Shown here: positions 10,208-19,605 of the stretch, piece after piece
Layout: each line of letters starts with the position of its first letter
How positions within the stretch are numbered: the stretch's first letter is position 1
Source of the DNA: Candidatus Aenigmarchaeota archaeon LH_S7
Lineage (GTDB): Archaea; Aenigmatarchaeota; Aenigmatarchaeia; QMZS01
Direction of reading: 5' to 3'
DNA: 64,000 nt
Assembly: GCA_023659895.1 (NCBI GenBank)
Contig: JAGXOL010000003.1
Span: 1,549-65,548, forward strand
Notes under the pieces: model-generated
Told to the model about the DNA's origin: nothing
Database searches by the model: none
What the model saw: only the letters and a program-made list of their open reading frames with translations
Made by a program: the position numbers and the translations under genes

Positions 10208-10488
10208 TAAACAAACATAAAGGTATGGAATTACCTTTTTCAAAAATAGTTGTGCTTATTCTTGCTGTTTTAGCAGTTTTGTTCATGCTGGGAGCAGTTT
10301 TCAATGTATGGGGAAATTTGGAACCAAGTATAAGTGACCAGCAACTTTATGGAGAATGTGCAAACTGGGCCTCTGAAGAAGAACCTTATAATAAGGAAAG
10401 TTTTAATGATGGGGACTATCCTGCTTTAGATAAAACTTATGATGGTAATTATGTAGATGCTAAAACTTTTTGCAAGCAAGAAACATGA
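10204..10488 (+). CDS. Type IV pilin-like secreted protein
   Basis: HKG|MELPFSKIVVLILAVLAVLFMLGAVF fits a class III signal peptide. ECANWASEEEPYNKESFNDGDYPALDKTYDGNYVDAKTFC is paralogous to the 7132-7584 product. The gene overlaps the ATPase stop (ATGA). Confidence 0.5.
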   Translation: MINKHKGMELPFSKIVVLILAVLAVLFMLGAVFNVWGNLEPSISDQQLYGECANWASEEEPYNKESFNDGDYPALDKTYDGNYVDAKTFCKQET

Positions 10489-11618
10489 GAGTAGATTGTA
10501 TTAGTTTGAGGAGGATATTCAATTCAAGGGGGGAAGAAACAACAGAGGCAATAATATTTTCAGGAGATAAGATTGGTATTGGTAGTTCCCCAAGTGGAGC
10601 TAGTGTGGGATCTAAGGAAGCTAAGTTGGTTGATTTAAATGAAGGTATGAAGAATTTTGAAGGGATTAAGAACAAATTTTGTGGAGATTTCTCGCAGGAA
10701 AGTTTTGATGAATTGTTAGAAAAAAACTTGGATAAGCTGGGAGGAAATATAACTACTGCTTTGTCTTTTGCTTATTTTAATTTGGATAAGGAAAGCTTGG
10801 TTTATAAAACTGAAGGAGAGATGCCTTATCCTTTGGGAAATGCTGTTGGTGGAGGAGTTCATTCAGGAAAAATGGAAATACAGGAAATCTTAGTTTTGCC
10901 TGTTAACGCTAAGAATGTTTATGAGGCAATCAAAACAAATTTTGAGATCTGGAAGGAAATAAAAGAAAAATACAAAGATAAATTCTTTGGAGTAAATGAT
11001 GAAGGAGCTTTAGTCATGGATTTTGGGAATGAGGAAGCATTAAAAATTGTTTCAGAGATTGCTGGTAAATACAAAGCGAGGATTGGTATTGATTTAGCTG
11101 CCAGTGAGTTGTTTAAGGATGGAGCTTACTGTTATGGTGAGAAAAAACTGAGTAAAGAAGATCAGTTTGAATTAGTTTCTAAATGGATAGAAGATTATGA
11201 TTTGTATTACATTGAAGATCCTTTTGAAGAGAATGACAATGAAAACTTCAAGAAATTGAGAGAAAAATTTGGTGATAAATGTTTGATTGTGGGGGATGAC
11301 CTTTTTGCAACTCATAAGGAAAACTTAGATAATGAAATCGCAAATTCTGTGATTGTAAAACCTAATCAAATTGGCACTATTAGTGGAGCTATCAAATGTA
11401 TTGAAAAAACTAAGAAACTAGGAATGGTTCCAGTTTTATCTCATCGATCTGGAGAGACTTGTGACACAACAATTGCTTTCTTATCCTTGCTGACTCCAAT
11501 CGCGAAGTTTGGGATTTCTCAGATTCGAGTTGCTAAGTTGAATGAATTGATAAGGATTTGGGAACTTTTAGAGATATGCAACAAGGACAAGGAGCCAAGG
11601 ATGGCTAAATTAAAGTAA
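10485..11618 (+). CDS. eno: Enolase (short, divergent)
   Basis: IFNSRGEETTEAIIF..SPSGASVGSKEA, VKPNQIGTISGAI and SHRSGETCDTTIAFLSL match enolase blocks. It is about 377 aa from the ATG at 10485, and the track start at 10470 is the alternative. Confidence 0.8.
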   Translation: MRVDCISLRRIFNSRGEETTEAIIFSGDKIGIGSSPSGASVGSKEAKLVDLNEGMKNFEGIKNKFCGDFSQESFDELLEKNLDKLGGNITTALSFAYFNLDKESLVYKTEGEMPYPLGNAVGGGVHSGKMEIQEILVLPVNAKNVYEAIKTNFEIWKEIKEKYKDKFFGVNDEGALVMDFGNEEALKIVSEIAGKYKARIGIDLAASELFKDGAYCYGEKKLSKEDQFELVSKWIEDYDLYYIEDPFEENDNENFKKLREKFGDKCLIVGDDLFATHKENLDNEIANSVIVKPNQIGTISGAIKCIEKTKKLGMVPVLSHRSGETCDTTIAFLSLLTPIAKFGISQIRVAKLNELIRIWELLEICNKDKEPRMAKLK

Positions 11619-11635
11619 ATTTTAGCACTTAAGTT

Positions 11636-12103
11636 ATGAGACTCAAATTATTCAAGAACAAGGAGCAGAGAAAGAAGTTCTTGATGAGCATTTTCGTGTT
11701 AATGATGTTTGGAAGTGTTTTCGCTTTCCTATTTGGTTATCCTTTCATGTCAGCAATGAATAATCCAGAAGAAACAGTTACTGAGCAGGACATGCTAAAA
11801 AAGTTTTCAAATCAAGGTATCTTTGAAGGAGAATTAAGTACCCGCGAGAAGAATTTTTTAATTCAAAAAGGTATCACTATAGGTACTTATTATTACACAG
11901 GTTCCTCAGATTCCTTTGAGCTGGAACAACTTGTTCAAAGATTAGGGAGACAATTAGTAATAGAAAAAGTTAAGGGGAACGAGACAAAGATTGAGTTTAT
12001 TAGTAACAGGGATTCTGTTATGGTTAAAAATATGAGTGATGAAAATGTTTTAAACGCTTTGTGTGAGGTTCTGTATCAGCCTCCTCCTGAGTGTGCTCCT
12101 TAA
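11636..12103 (+). CDS. Membrane-anchored hypothetical protein
   Basis: 155 aa with one N-terminal hydrophobic helix (FLMSIFVLMMFGSVFAFLFGY). No family recognised. Confidence 0.4.
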   Translation: MRLKLFKNKEQRKKFLMSIFVLMMFGSVFAFLFGYPFMSAMNNPEETVTEQDMLKKFSNQGIFEGELSTREKNFLIQKGITIGTYYYTGSSDSFELEQLVQRLGRQLVIEKVKGNETKIEFISNRDSVMVKNMSDENVLNALCEVLYQPPPECAP

Positions 12104-12128
12104 TTATTTATTATTTAAAGATTCTATT

Positions 12129-12329
12129 ATGGAAGATCCTCAGGTTTATATATTTATAGTAATAGGAGCTTTCTGTCTATTGATTGCAAGTTTGTTTGCT
12201 GGTAATGCTGAAAGCAATGTTCTTGGGGCAACAGAATTCTCCTTTAGCATAACCTTATTCATTTCATTTGTGCTAATAATCATAGGTGGAGTATTCTGGG
12301 TTTCTGCTGCAAAGATTTTGAACAAATAA
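12129..12329 (+). CDS. Small two-helix membrane protein
   Basis: The ATG at 12129 (MEDPQVYIFIVIGAF..) is more plausible than the track start at 12063, which overlaps the previous gene. Confidence 0.35.
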   Translation: MEDPQVYIFIVIGAFCLLIASLFAGNAESNVLGATEFSFSITLFISFVLIIIGGVFWVSAAKILNK

Positions 12330-12330
12330 T

Positions 12331-13290
12331 TTATTTTTCTATTCTAACACCCTCAGCATTAGGGCTTACATTTATAACCGCACCTAGTTGATTGATTGCT
12401 TTTTCCACACCTTTTCTTTTTTCCTCTGGTACCAAAGCTATCATGCAGTCTCCTCCACCAGCTCCTGAAAGTTTTGCTCCGTAAGCACCTGATTTTTTCG
12501 CTTTCTGGATCAAACTCTCAAGTTCCAAGGAGCTCACACCAAATGAGTTTAATAAACCATGATTAAAATTCATTAATTCTCCTAAGACTTCCAAATTACT
12601 GGTTTCAAAATGTTCTCTGCTTTGAGAAACAATTTTATCACTTATATCAAATTTAGCATCAATCAATTCCTTGTACTTTTCCCTTTTCTTTGCGAGACCT
12701 TTTACTAAAGTTGGTGTGTCTCCTTTAACCCCTGTGTAACCAACAACTAAAGGAAGCTTTTTGAGATTCATTTGCTTGATTTTCTTTCCACCTCCAACAA
12801 AATAAATTGTGCCTCCATAAATTGCAGCTGCAACATCAAAACCGCTTCCCACACTTTGTATGTCCAAGACTGTTTTGTAAGACAAGTCAAAAACTTCATT
12901 TTTACTCATCTCAACATTGAACAATTCTGAAAGACCTTTTATTGTGGAAACAGTCACAGCTGAAGAGCTTCCAAAACCGAACTTGCTTGAGAACTTGCTT
13001 TTTGTCTCAATATCTAATCCAGATCTTACATTGTATTTTTTGAAGAAGTTTTTAATTGCTGTTAAAACAAACTTGACTTCTTTTGGATTCTCCTTGTCTA
13101 ATTCTTCTGTGGAAGTTATATAAGTTCCAATTTTCATTTGCGGAGCATTAATTATAATTTTATTGTCTGTTCTTCTTTCCATGTTTACAGACATTCTGTG
13201 GTTTACAGCAGTAACGATACAAGGTCTTCCATAAACTACTGCATGGTCTCCAAAAAGCATTAGCTTTCCAGGTGCAGATATCCTCACCAT
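12331..13290 (-). CDS. mvk: Mevalonate kinase (GHMP family)
   Basis: 319 aa with APGKLMLFGDHAVVYG, GFGSSSAVTV and KLSGAGGGDC GHMP motifs. Confidence 0.85.
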   Translation of the reverse strand: MVRISAPGKLMLFGDHAVVYGRPCIVTAVNHRMSVNMERRTDNKIIINAPQMKIGTYITSTEELDKENPKEVKFVLTAIKNFFKKYNVRSGLDIETKSKFSSKFGFGSSSAVTVSTIKGLSELFNVEMSKNEVFDLSYKTVLDIQSVGSGFDVAAAIYGGTIYFVGGGKKIKQMNLKKLPLVVGYTGVKGDTPTLVKGLAKKREKYKELIDAKFDISDKIVSQSREHFETSNLEVLGELMNFNHGLLNSFGVSSLELESLIQKAKKSGAYGAKLSGAGGGDCMIALVPEEKRKGVEKAINQLGAVINVSPNAEGVRIEK

Positions 13291-13381
13291 AGTAGTTAAT
13301 CTAATATTATTTAAACTTAAAGTTTCAGTATATTCGCGGATTGTCGAGGATAAATTTAAAATAGGTTATTATACAATAGTT

Positions 13382-13867
13382 ATGAAACATGTAGTTGGTG
13401 TGAAATACAAATCAAGGGAAAATGGGATCTTTGTGTCTGAAAGGAGAGGTATTGAGAAGGAATATGCAGAGAAGAATGGGATCCCTCACGAGACTGTCTT
13501 AAACATTGTATTGAATGAAGAAGGTAAGATTTTAAGGATAATGCGTTCTTCAAGTAATTCAACTTACCCAGATTATAATTCTGTTCCTGCGGGACATGTG
13601 GATTGTGATGAAGATAAGTATGAGAAATTTAAAACGCTAATACCTGAATCATCTGATGAAGCAGCTTTGAGAGAGCTTGAAGAGGAGACTGGTTTTAAGC
13701 CAATTTCTTATAAGAGATTTAATGACAAAGTTGTTGATGGAAAGCATTTGGGTTATGTTTATGTTATGTGTGTTAAAGGAGATAAAGCTACATTCAATTA
13801 TGAGATAGACCCTAAAAATTCTGGATTTGAAACTCCTGAAAGGTATATTGAAAAAGTTGAAGAATGA
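13382..13867 (+). CDS. Nudix-family hydrolase with an interrupted Nudix box
   Basis: GHVDCDE (G-x5-E) is followed by a 19-residue spacer instead of 7, then RELEEETGF (REUxEExGU). NSVPAGHV loosely resembles the NSxCGHP region of type-1 IPP isomerase. The gene lies between two GHMP kinase genes. Confidence 0.65.
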   Translation: MKHVVGVKYKSRENGIFVSERRGIEKEYAEKNGIPHETVLNIVLNEEGKILRIMRSSSNSTYPDYNSVPAGHVDCDEDKYEKFKTLIPESSDEAALRELEEETGFKPISYKRFNDKVVDGKHLGYVYVMCVKGDKATFNYEIDPKNSGFETPERYIEKVEE

Positions 13868-13953
13868 AAATTTTACCCCATCTTCCAAAAAACTTTTTGA
13901 GGATTTTCTTGAAGAATATTCAACAACTGAAAAAACAAAAGATCTCTACGATT

Positions 13954-14967
13954 CTATGATCCAATCTTAGTTCCACCCACACCTAACTCTGTTTTATAAA
14001 CCTTGTAACCTTTTTCTTCGTAGATTTTCTTTAGATTATCAATTTGATCTTCTTTTAGCAAAACTATACAACAGCCCCCTCCCCATCCTCCAGTTGGTTT
14101 CGCGTACGAGTTATTTTTTATTGCGGTTTCAACAATGTCATCTAGTTTTTTTGTGGAAATTTTAAGTTTCTTTAACTCTCGATAGAAATTAACCATTGCC
14201 TTCCCTAATGAATTATAATCATGTGATCTAATTGCCTTTAAACTTTCTTGTGAAATTTGTTCAAGATCTTCTAAAATAGGCTCAACGAAAGAAGGATTTT
14301 CTTGTTTTTGTTTCTTCGCATATTCTACCATTTCTCCTGTTTTTGCGGGTTCACCACTTTCAACAATTAACAAAGGAGCTTTGAATTCTGTTTCTAAGGG
14401 TGTTATTCCTTCACTTTTCCTGTAAGTTATCCATCTTCCATTAGCAATTGTGTATGCATCAATTCCTGAGGGGGTTCCGTGAACTACTTTGTCCCCCTCG
14501 TTCGCGAAAAAACCTATCTCTTTTTTTGACAATTCTAAATCCAAAAATGTTGAAACCCCTTTTGCGATAGCATTGAAAACTGAAGAACTTGAACCAAGGT
14601 TTTTTGGGACTTTAGAATCAATCTCCACTCTTAGACCTTTAAAATCATATAATTCCATTATTTTTCCTACAGTCACGAAACTAGGTAACAAGCCACTTCC
14701 TTTGAAAAGTTTTTTCACCTTATCAATTTTTCCTTCTTCTTGAAAATTCGTGATTTTTTCAACAGTGTTAAAAATCTCATATTTACTCATTTCTTTCTCA
14801 ATTGAATAATTTCTTGAGATTATCTTTATTGAATTTCTTTTGTTAGGAAAAACTTTAACTGAAGTGTATTTTCCTATTGCGGTGGCTATCCCTAACTTAT
14901 CATAAACAACGGAGTGTTCCCCTAAAAGAATTATCTTTCCTGGGGCTTTTGAAATTATAGGACCCAT
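13954..14967 (-). CDS. Second GHMP kinase (mevalonate kinase paralog; candidate phosphomevalonate or other mevalonate-derivative kinase)
   Basis: 337 aa with APGKIILLGEHSVVYD, NLGSSSSVFNA and PTGGWGGGCCIVL. Substrate cannot be assigned from sequence alone. Confidence 0.75.
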   Translation of the reverse strand: MGPIISKAPGKIILLGEHSVVYDKLGIATAIGKYTSVKVFPNKRNSIKIISRNYSIEKEMSKYEIFNTVEKITNFQEEGKIDKVKKLFKGSGLLPSFVTVGKIMELYDFKGLRVEIDSKVPKNLGSSSSVFNAIAKGVSTFLDLELSKKEIGFFANEGDKVVHGTPSGIDAYTIANGRWITYRKSEGITPLETEFKAPLLIVESGEPAKTGEMVEYAKKQKQENPSFVEPILEDLEQISQESLKAIRSHDYNSLGKAMVNFYRELKKLKISTKKLDDIVETAIKNNSYAKPTGGWGGGCCIVLLKEDQIDNLKKIYEEKGYKVYKTELGVGGTKIGS

Positions 14968-15194
14968 TATATTAATAATACATTTTTTTTCTCTGTTTCT
15001 CTGAAAGACTTTGCAGAGCTGTATTTTTCTTGAAAGTACTGAGTTATTTCAGGTACGATTAAGGTTCTATACTCCTTGCTATTATTAATTTCATATGAAT
15101 CCATCAATTCTTCTTCTTTTTGCTCCCATTCATCTATAGGTACATTTATTATCTCTTCTGGGTCATCATCATTTATCTGTACATAAGCTGACAT
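14967..15194 (-). CDS. Small acidic hypothetical protein
   Basis: 75 aa, and its stop overlaps the start of the GHMP gene. No family recognised. Confidence 0.35.
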   Translation of the reverse strand: MSAYVQINDDDPEEIINVPIDEWEQKEEELMDSYEINNSKEYRTLIVPEITQYFQEKYSSAKSFRETEKKNVLLI

Positions 15195-15210
15195 TAAAAT
15201 AAAGATAACA

Positions 15211-16165
15211 TTACTTTAAATGTTGGCTTAATTCAAGTATATCTTTAAAAATGTAATCTGGGCCTAATGATTCTAAATGATGCTTTAATCCCATTCCTGA
15301 AAGAACTGCTATTGAATAAACTTGTGCATCTTTTGCAGCTAAGATATCAGTTGTTGAATCTCCAATATAAGCAACTTCTTTATTAGAATAACCCAAACTT
15401 TTATAAATTTTGGTGATTCCTTCTCCAGAAGGTTTTTTAGCTTCTTTATGAATAGTTTTGTATATTCTAATTGATAATTACTCATCTTTTAATTGTTTTC
15501 TTAAATTATTTAGGGTTGTTGGAATGGTTTCTTTCTTTTTGTATTGTTTTAACCCTTCCTCCAAATTTTTCCTAAAATCTTCATCAGATAACATTTCTAA
15601 AGTATCTATAAAATCATCTAATTCTTCTCTGACTCTTAGAAGATGAAAAACAGATTCTTCAATTATTCTTGACTCTGCAAAAATTTTTGGGTTTATTCCT
15701 TTTAATTCTCTGTGAAGAGACTTTTTTATTTGTTTCTCCATAATTTACTTTATTTTTATATATTAAAAACTAAAAAAAATTAGTATTGGATATAGTTATC
15801 TTCGGTTTTCTTGACCTCTTTTAGCTTTTTATTTGCCATAAATATATTTAAATACTTATTTCTTCCTTTTCTTTTAAAATCTCTTTCAAGTTTTCGTTTT
15901 GATTATTGATTGCAATCATTACTTTTATTAGGTTTTTTGATAAATTGTATTTACCTATCCCTCTCAGATTCCAAAGTTCCTTAGAATCGTAATTAAACTC
16001 TAAATCAGCTGCATTAAAACCTCTCTTAAGTCCTTCATACATTGCTAAACTTGAATCTCTGAATACTCCTCCTAAGTCAAAAACCAAAAGTCTTACTGTA
16101 CTTTGTAAAGACACAGGTAACACTTTCATAGAGGTATTAAGATAAAAAACTTTAACTAGTCTCAA
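15211..16165 (-). pseudogene. Disrupted HAD-superfamily phosphatase: separate N- and C-terminal fragments with the middle replaced
   Basis: The N fragment (15848-16165) carries a degenerate motif I, LLVFDLGGVF (DxG instead of DxD), plus cap helices. The C fragment frame is open from 15477 and reads KKPSGEGITKIY..VAYIGDSTTDILAAKDA (motifs III and IV). Motif II is missing. The fragments are in different frames and are separated by 370 bp. Confidence 0.6.
15478..15741 (-). CDS. 87-aa helical protein inserted within the HAD remnant (antitoxin-like C-terminus?)
   Basis: Its stop codon (15478-15480) is in frame with, and directly abuts, the HAD C-terminal fragment. DDFIDTLEMLSDEDFRKNLEEGLKQYKK resembles C-termini of small archaeal antitoxin-like proteins, which is a weak recollection. 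Confidence 0.35.
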   Translation of the reverse strand: MEKQIKKSLHRELKGINPKIFAESRIIEESVFHLLRVREELDDFIDTLEMLSDEDFRKNLEEGLKQYKKKETIPTTLNNLRKQLKDE

Positions 16166-16292
16166 CTGAATTCACCTATCTACTCTCAAACCCAAAAATT
16201 AAAAAAATCAAGGCTGAAACAAAAGCAAAAACATCACTGCCAAGGCAATACTTTTTAATCTTATAATAATACTAAGTAATTATATATAAAGA

Positions 16293-16540
16293 CTTTATAA
16301 AAGTTTTGCACTTTTAATATAAACCTTCCATAGCGGTTTTAACCACTTCCCTAATATCCCAATTTTCTCATACAATTCAATACTCCACTCAACAAACTTT
16401 CCAACAATTCTTCCTTTTACTGCTCTGACAAAGTGATTAAAACAAGGTTTGTTAAAGAGAGTTCTGAATTTTGACAAAGAAGGAATTATTGATATATTTG
16501 CTAAATATCCTTAAAAACTAAAAAGTGCAAAACTTATATA
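16293..16540. mobile_element. MITE-like non-autonomous element, intact copy (about 248 bp, about 20 bp imperfect terminal inverted repeats)
   Basis: The left end TATAAAAGTTTTGCACTTTT and right end AAAAGTGCAAAACTTATATA are reverse complements. The whole element recurs, split in two, at 29321-29438 and 30634-30775. Confidence 0.65.
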
Positions 16541-16550
16541 ATATAATTAG

Positions 16551-17672
<1,122 letters not shown>

Positions 17673-17687
17673 TCACTTAGATAAAAA

Positions 17688-17831
17688 TTAATTGTATTTC
17701 TTGAACCCTAGCTTCCTTGCAACAGCTCTGAAGCAGTGCCTGCAATAATTGATTTTGAACATAGTTATTACTCCACCATATCTTCCACACCTTCTACATC
17801 GAGCAGGAGATTTTTTCTTTTTCTCAGCCAT
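17688..17831 (-). CDS. rps14: Ribosomal protein uS14 (zinc-ribbon type), 47 aa, missing from the ORF track
   Basis: Hand translation gives [47 protein letters not shown], with CxxC..CxxC and a C-terminal GFxKY as in uS14/S29e. Confidence 0.8.
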   Translation of the reverse strand: MAEKKKKSPARCRRCGRYGGVITMFKINYCRHCFRAVARKLGFKKYN

Positions 17832-17858
17832 AACTTACTAAAAAAATTAATAAATCCT

Positions 17859-18479
17859 TTATTGATATCCATGATTGTCTTCAGGAAGAACTTCAAAACC
17901 AGAGCCCATGAATAATTTTCTCATAAAATCTTTACAAGTGTTTATTGTTTCAGTAAAATACTCAAATGGACTTTCACTTTCATTAAGAAAGTGGGAATAA
18001 TTTTTTTCTGGTAAGAAACCTTCTATCCTGAAAATTTCAGGATTTGCAGTAGGATATATGTACCATTCAATATAAAACCTTTTTATATCAGGTAAATCCC
18101 CCAATATTCTTTCAAGGAATTCCTTATTTGAATTATAACCTCCATTAAGTAAAGCTATAGGATAAAATTTAATTCCACTCCAATCCAAATGAAAATATTC
18201 CCTTAAATTTTTTTCTTTCCCTTCACAAGGTTGACTAGAACTTCCTCTGCCTTCAAAAGGATCTTTTTCAAGACCAAATACATATTTTTGAGTATTTATG
18301 ATAATTTCTTTTTCTTGTTTATAACTCAATTCTAAATTTTCTTTTATTAATTTAGGATCCTTTTTCACGTAAATACCTCCTATATTAGTTACAGGCTCTT
18401 CTTCTGGGTCCGCTTTCTTTAAATAAAAATTTCTATTTAAGTTTGATTCAGGATATATAAAATCAGTTTTTGAATTCAT
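17859..18479 (-). CDS. Hypothetical protein
   Basis: 206 aa ORF upstream of uS14 on the same strand. No family recognised. Confidence 0.45.
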   Translation of the reverse strand: MNSKTDFIYPESNLNRNFYLKKADPEEEPVTNIGGIYVKKDPKLIKENLELSYKQEKEIIINTQKYVFGLEKDPFEGRGSSSQPCEGKEKNLREYFHLDWSGIKFYPIALLNGGYNSNKEFLERILGDLPDIKRFYIEWYIYPTANPEIFRIEGFLPEKNYSHFLNESESPFEYFTETINTCKDFMRKLFMGSGFEVLPEDNHGYQ

Positions 18480-18521
18480 AACTAATAGATAATCATTAAT
18501 AAATATTAAAACATTTTAATT

Positions 18522-18830
18522 ATGAAAATCCTTCTTTTTGTTTCTTCAAATTGTCCGCACTGTCCGAATGCGGAGAAAGTTGCTAAAAAGGTTGCTTATG
18601 AATACCATAAAAAAGGACTAAGCTTCAAAAAAGTGAGAATGAAGACCTCTGAGGGAAAAGAACTTGGAGCTAAGTATAACATAATGGCAAATCCAACAAC
18701 ATTATTTCTTGATGAGGATGATAATGAAATTCAGAGAATCACTGGAACTCCGGACGAGGATTCTTTCAGAAAAAAGATTGAAAAAAATTTTGAGCCAAAA
18801 AAGTCCTTATTCAAAAGATTATTTAGTTAG
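18522..18830 (+). CDS. Thioredoxin/glutaredoxin-fold protein
   Basis: 102 aa with an N-terminal beta-strand then SSNCPHCPNAEKV (CxxC active site). Confidence 0.65.
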   Translation: MKILLFVSSNCPHCPNAEKVAKKVAYEYHKKGLSFKKVRMKTSEGKELGAKYNIMANPTTLFLDEDDNEIQRITGTPDEDSFRKKIEKNFEPKKSLFKRLFS

Positions 18831-18842
18831 ACTTTTGAGTGT

Positions 18843-19604
18843 TTAAAAATGATCCTCAAAAACTTGTTTTTGAACCTGATAGAATACTCCAATCGGAATT
18901 TTTCCATTAAAACCATTAACTTTCTCCATTGCCTTTTCCAAATTGTCCAGGTCTTTTTCTTTCATCTCGCTAACCTTTTTATTTAGCTCCTGGTATGTAT
19001 TGTGAAAAGTCACGCAAGGTTGCATTACTTCTACCAGAGAAAATCCTTTGTGTTTAACAGCTCTTTTAATTAATTCTTTTAGATGATTTGCTTTCCCTGA
19101 ATAACCTCGTGCAACAAAACTTGCCCCGCTAGCAAGCATGATTTTTAATGGATTTATTGGCTCTTCAACACTTCCTCTAGGGGAAGACTTTCCTTTGAAT
19201 CCCTTTTCAGAGGTGGGTGTAAATTGTCCTGTGGTCAAAGCAAAAACCTCATTGTCATGAATTATCATTGTTATATCAGTGTTTCTTTTCGCGCTGTGTA
19301 TTAAATGTGCTATCCCTTCTGCATAGGAATCTCCATCCCCAGAAAAACCAATAACTTTCAAATCAGGATTTGCAAGCTTCATTCCAGTTAGAGGTGGTGG
19401 TACCCTGCCGTGTAAAGAATAATAACTGTTTACATTAATATAATCTATAATTTTTGCGTGACAACCTATCCCTGCTGCTAAAACAAAATTCTCCTTCTTG
19501 ATTCCTTCTTTGTCCATCTCTGTTATTGCCTGTTTCACAGCATTCATTATCCCAAAGTTTCCGCAACCTGGACACCAAGTTATCTTCGCGTTCGTATCTA
19601 ACAT
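18843..19604 (-). CDS. 2-oxoacid:ferredoxin oxidoreductase, beta (TPP-binding) subunit
   Basis: 253 aa with WCPGCGNFGI and the GFSGDGDSYAEGIAHLIHSAKRN TPP motif. It abuts the alpha subunit gene. Confidence 0.85.
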   Translation of the reverse strand: MLDTNAKITWCPGCGNFGIMNAVKQAITEMDKEGIKKENFVLAAGIGCHAKIIDYINVNSYYSLHGRVPPPLTGMKLANPDLKVIGFSGDGDSYAEGIAHLIHSAKRNTDITMIIHDNEVFALTTGQFTPTSEKGFKGKSSPRGSVEEPINPLKIMLASGASFVARGYSGKANHLKELIKRAVKHKGFSLVEVMQPCVTFHNTYQELNKKVSEMKEKDLDNLEKAMEKVNGFNGKIPIGVFYQVQKQVFEDHF

Positions 19605-19605
19605 T

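Noticed and set aside
16295-16477. 60-aa ORF inside the MITE-like element
   Set aside because: The homologous sequence in the rRNA spacer copy is split by the 1195 bp insertion and carries substitutions with no regard to the frame. The ORF is most likely fortuitous.
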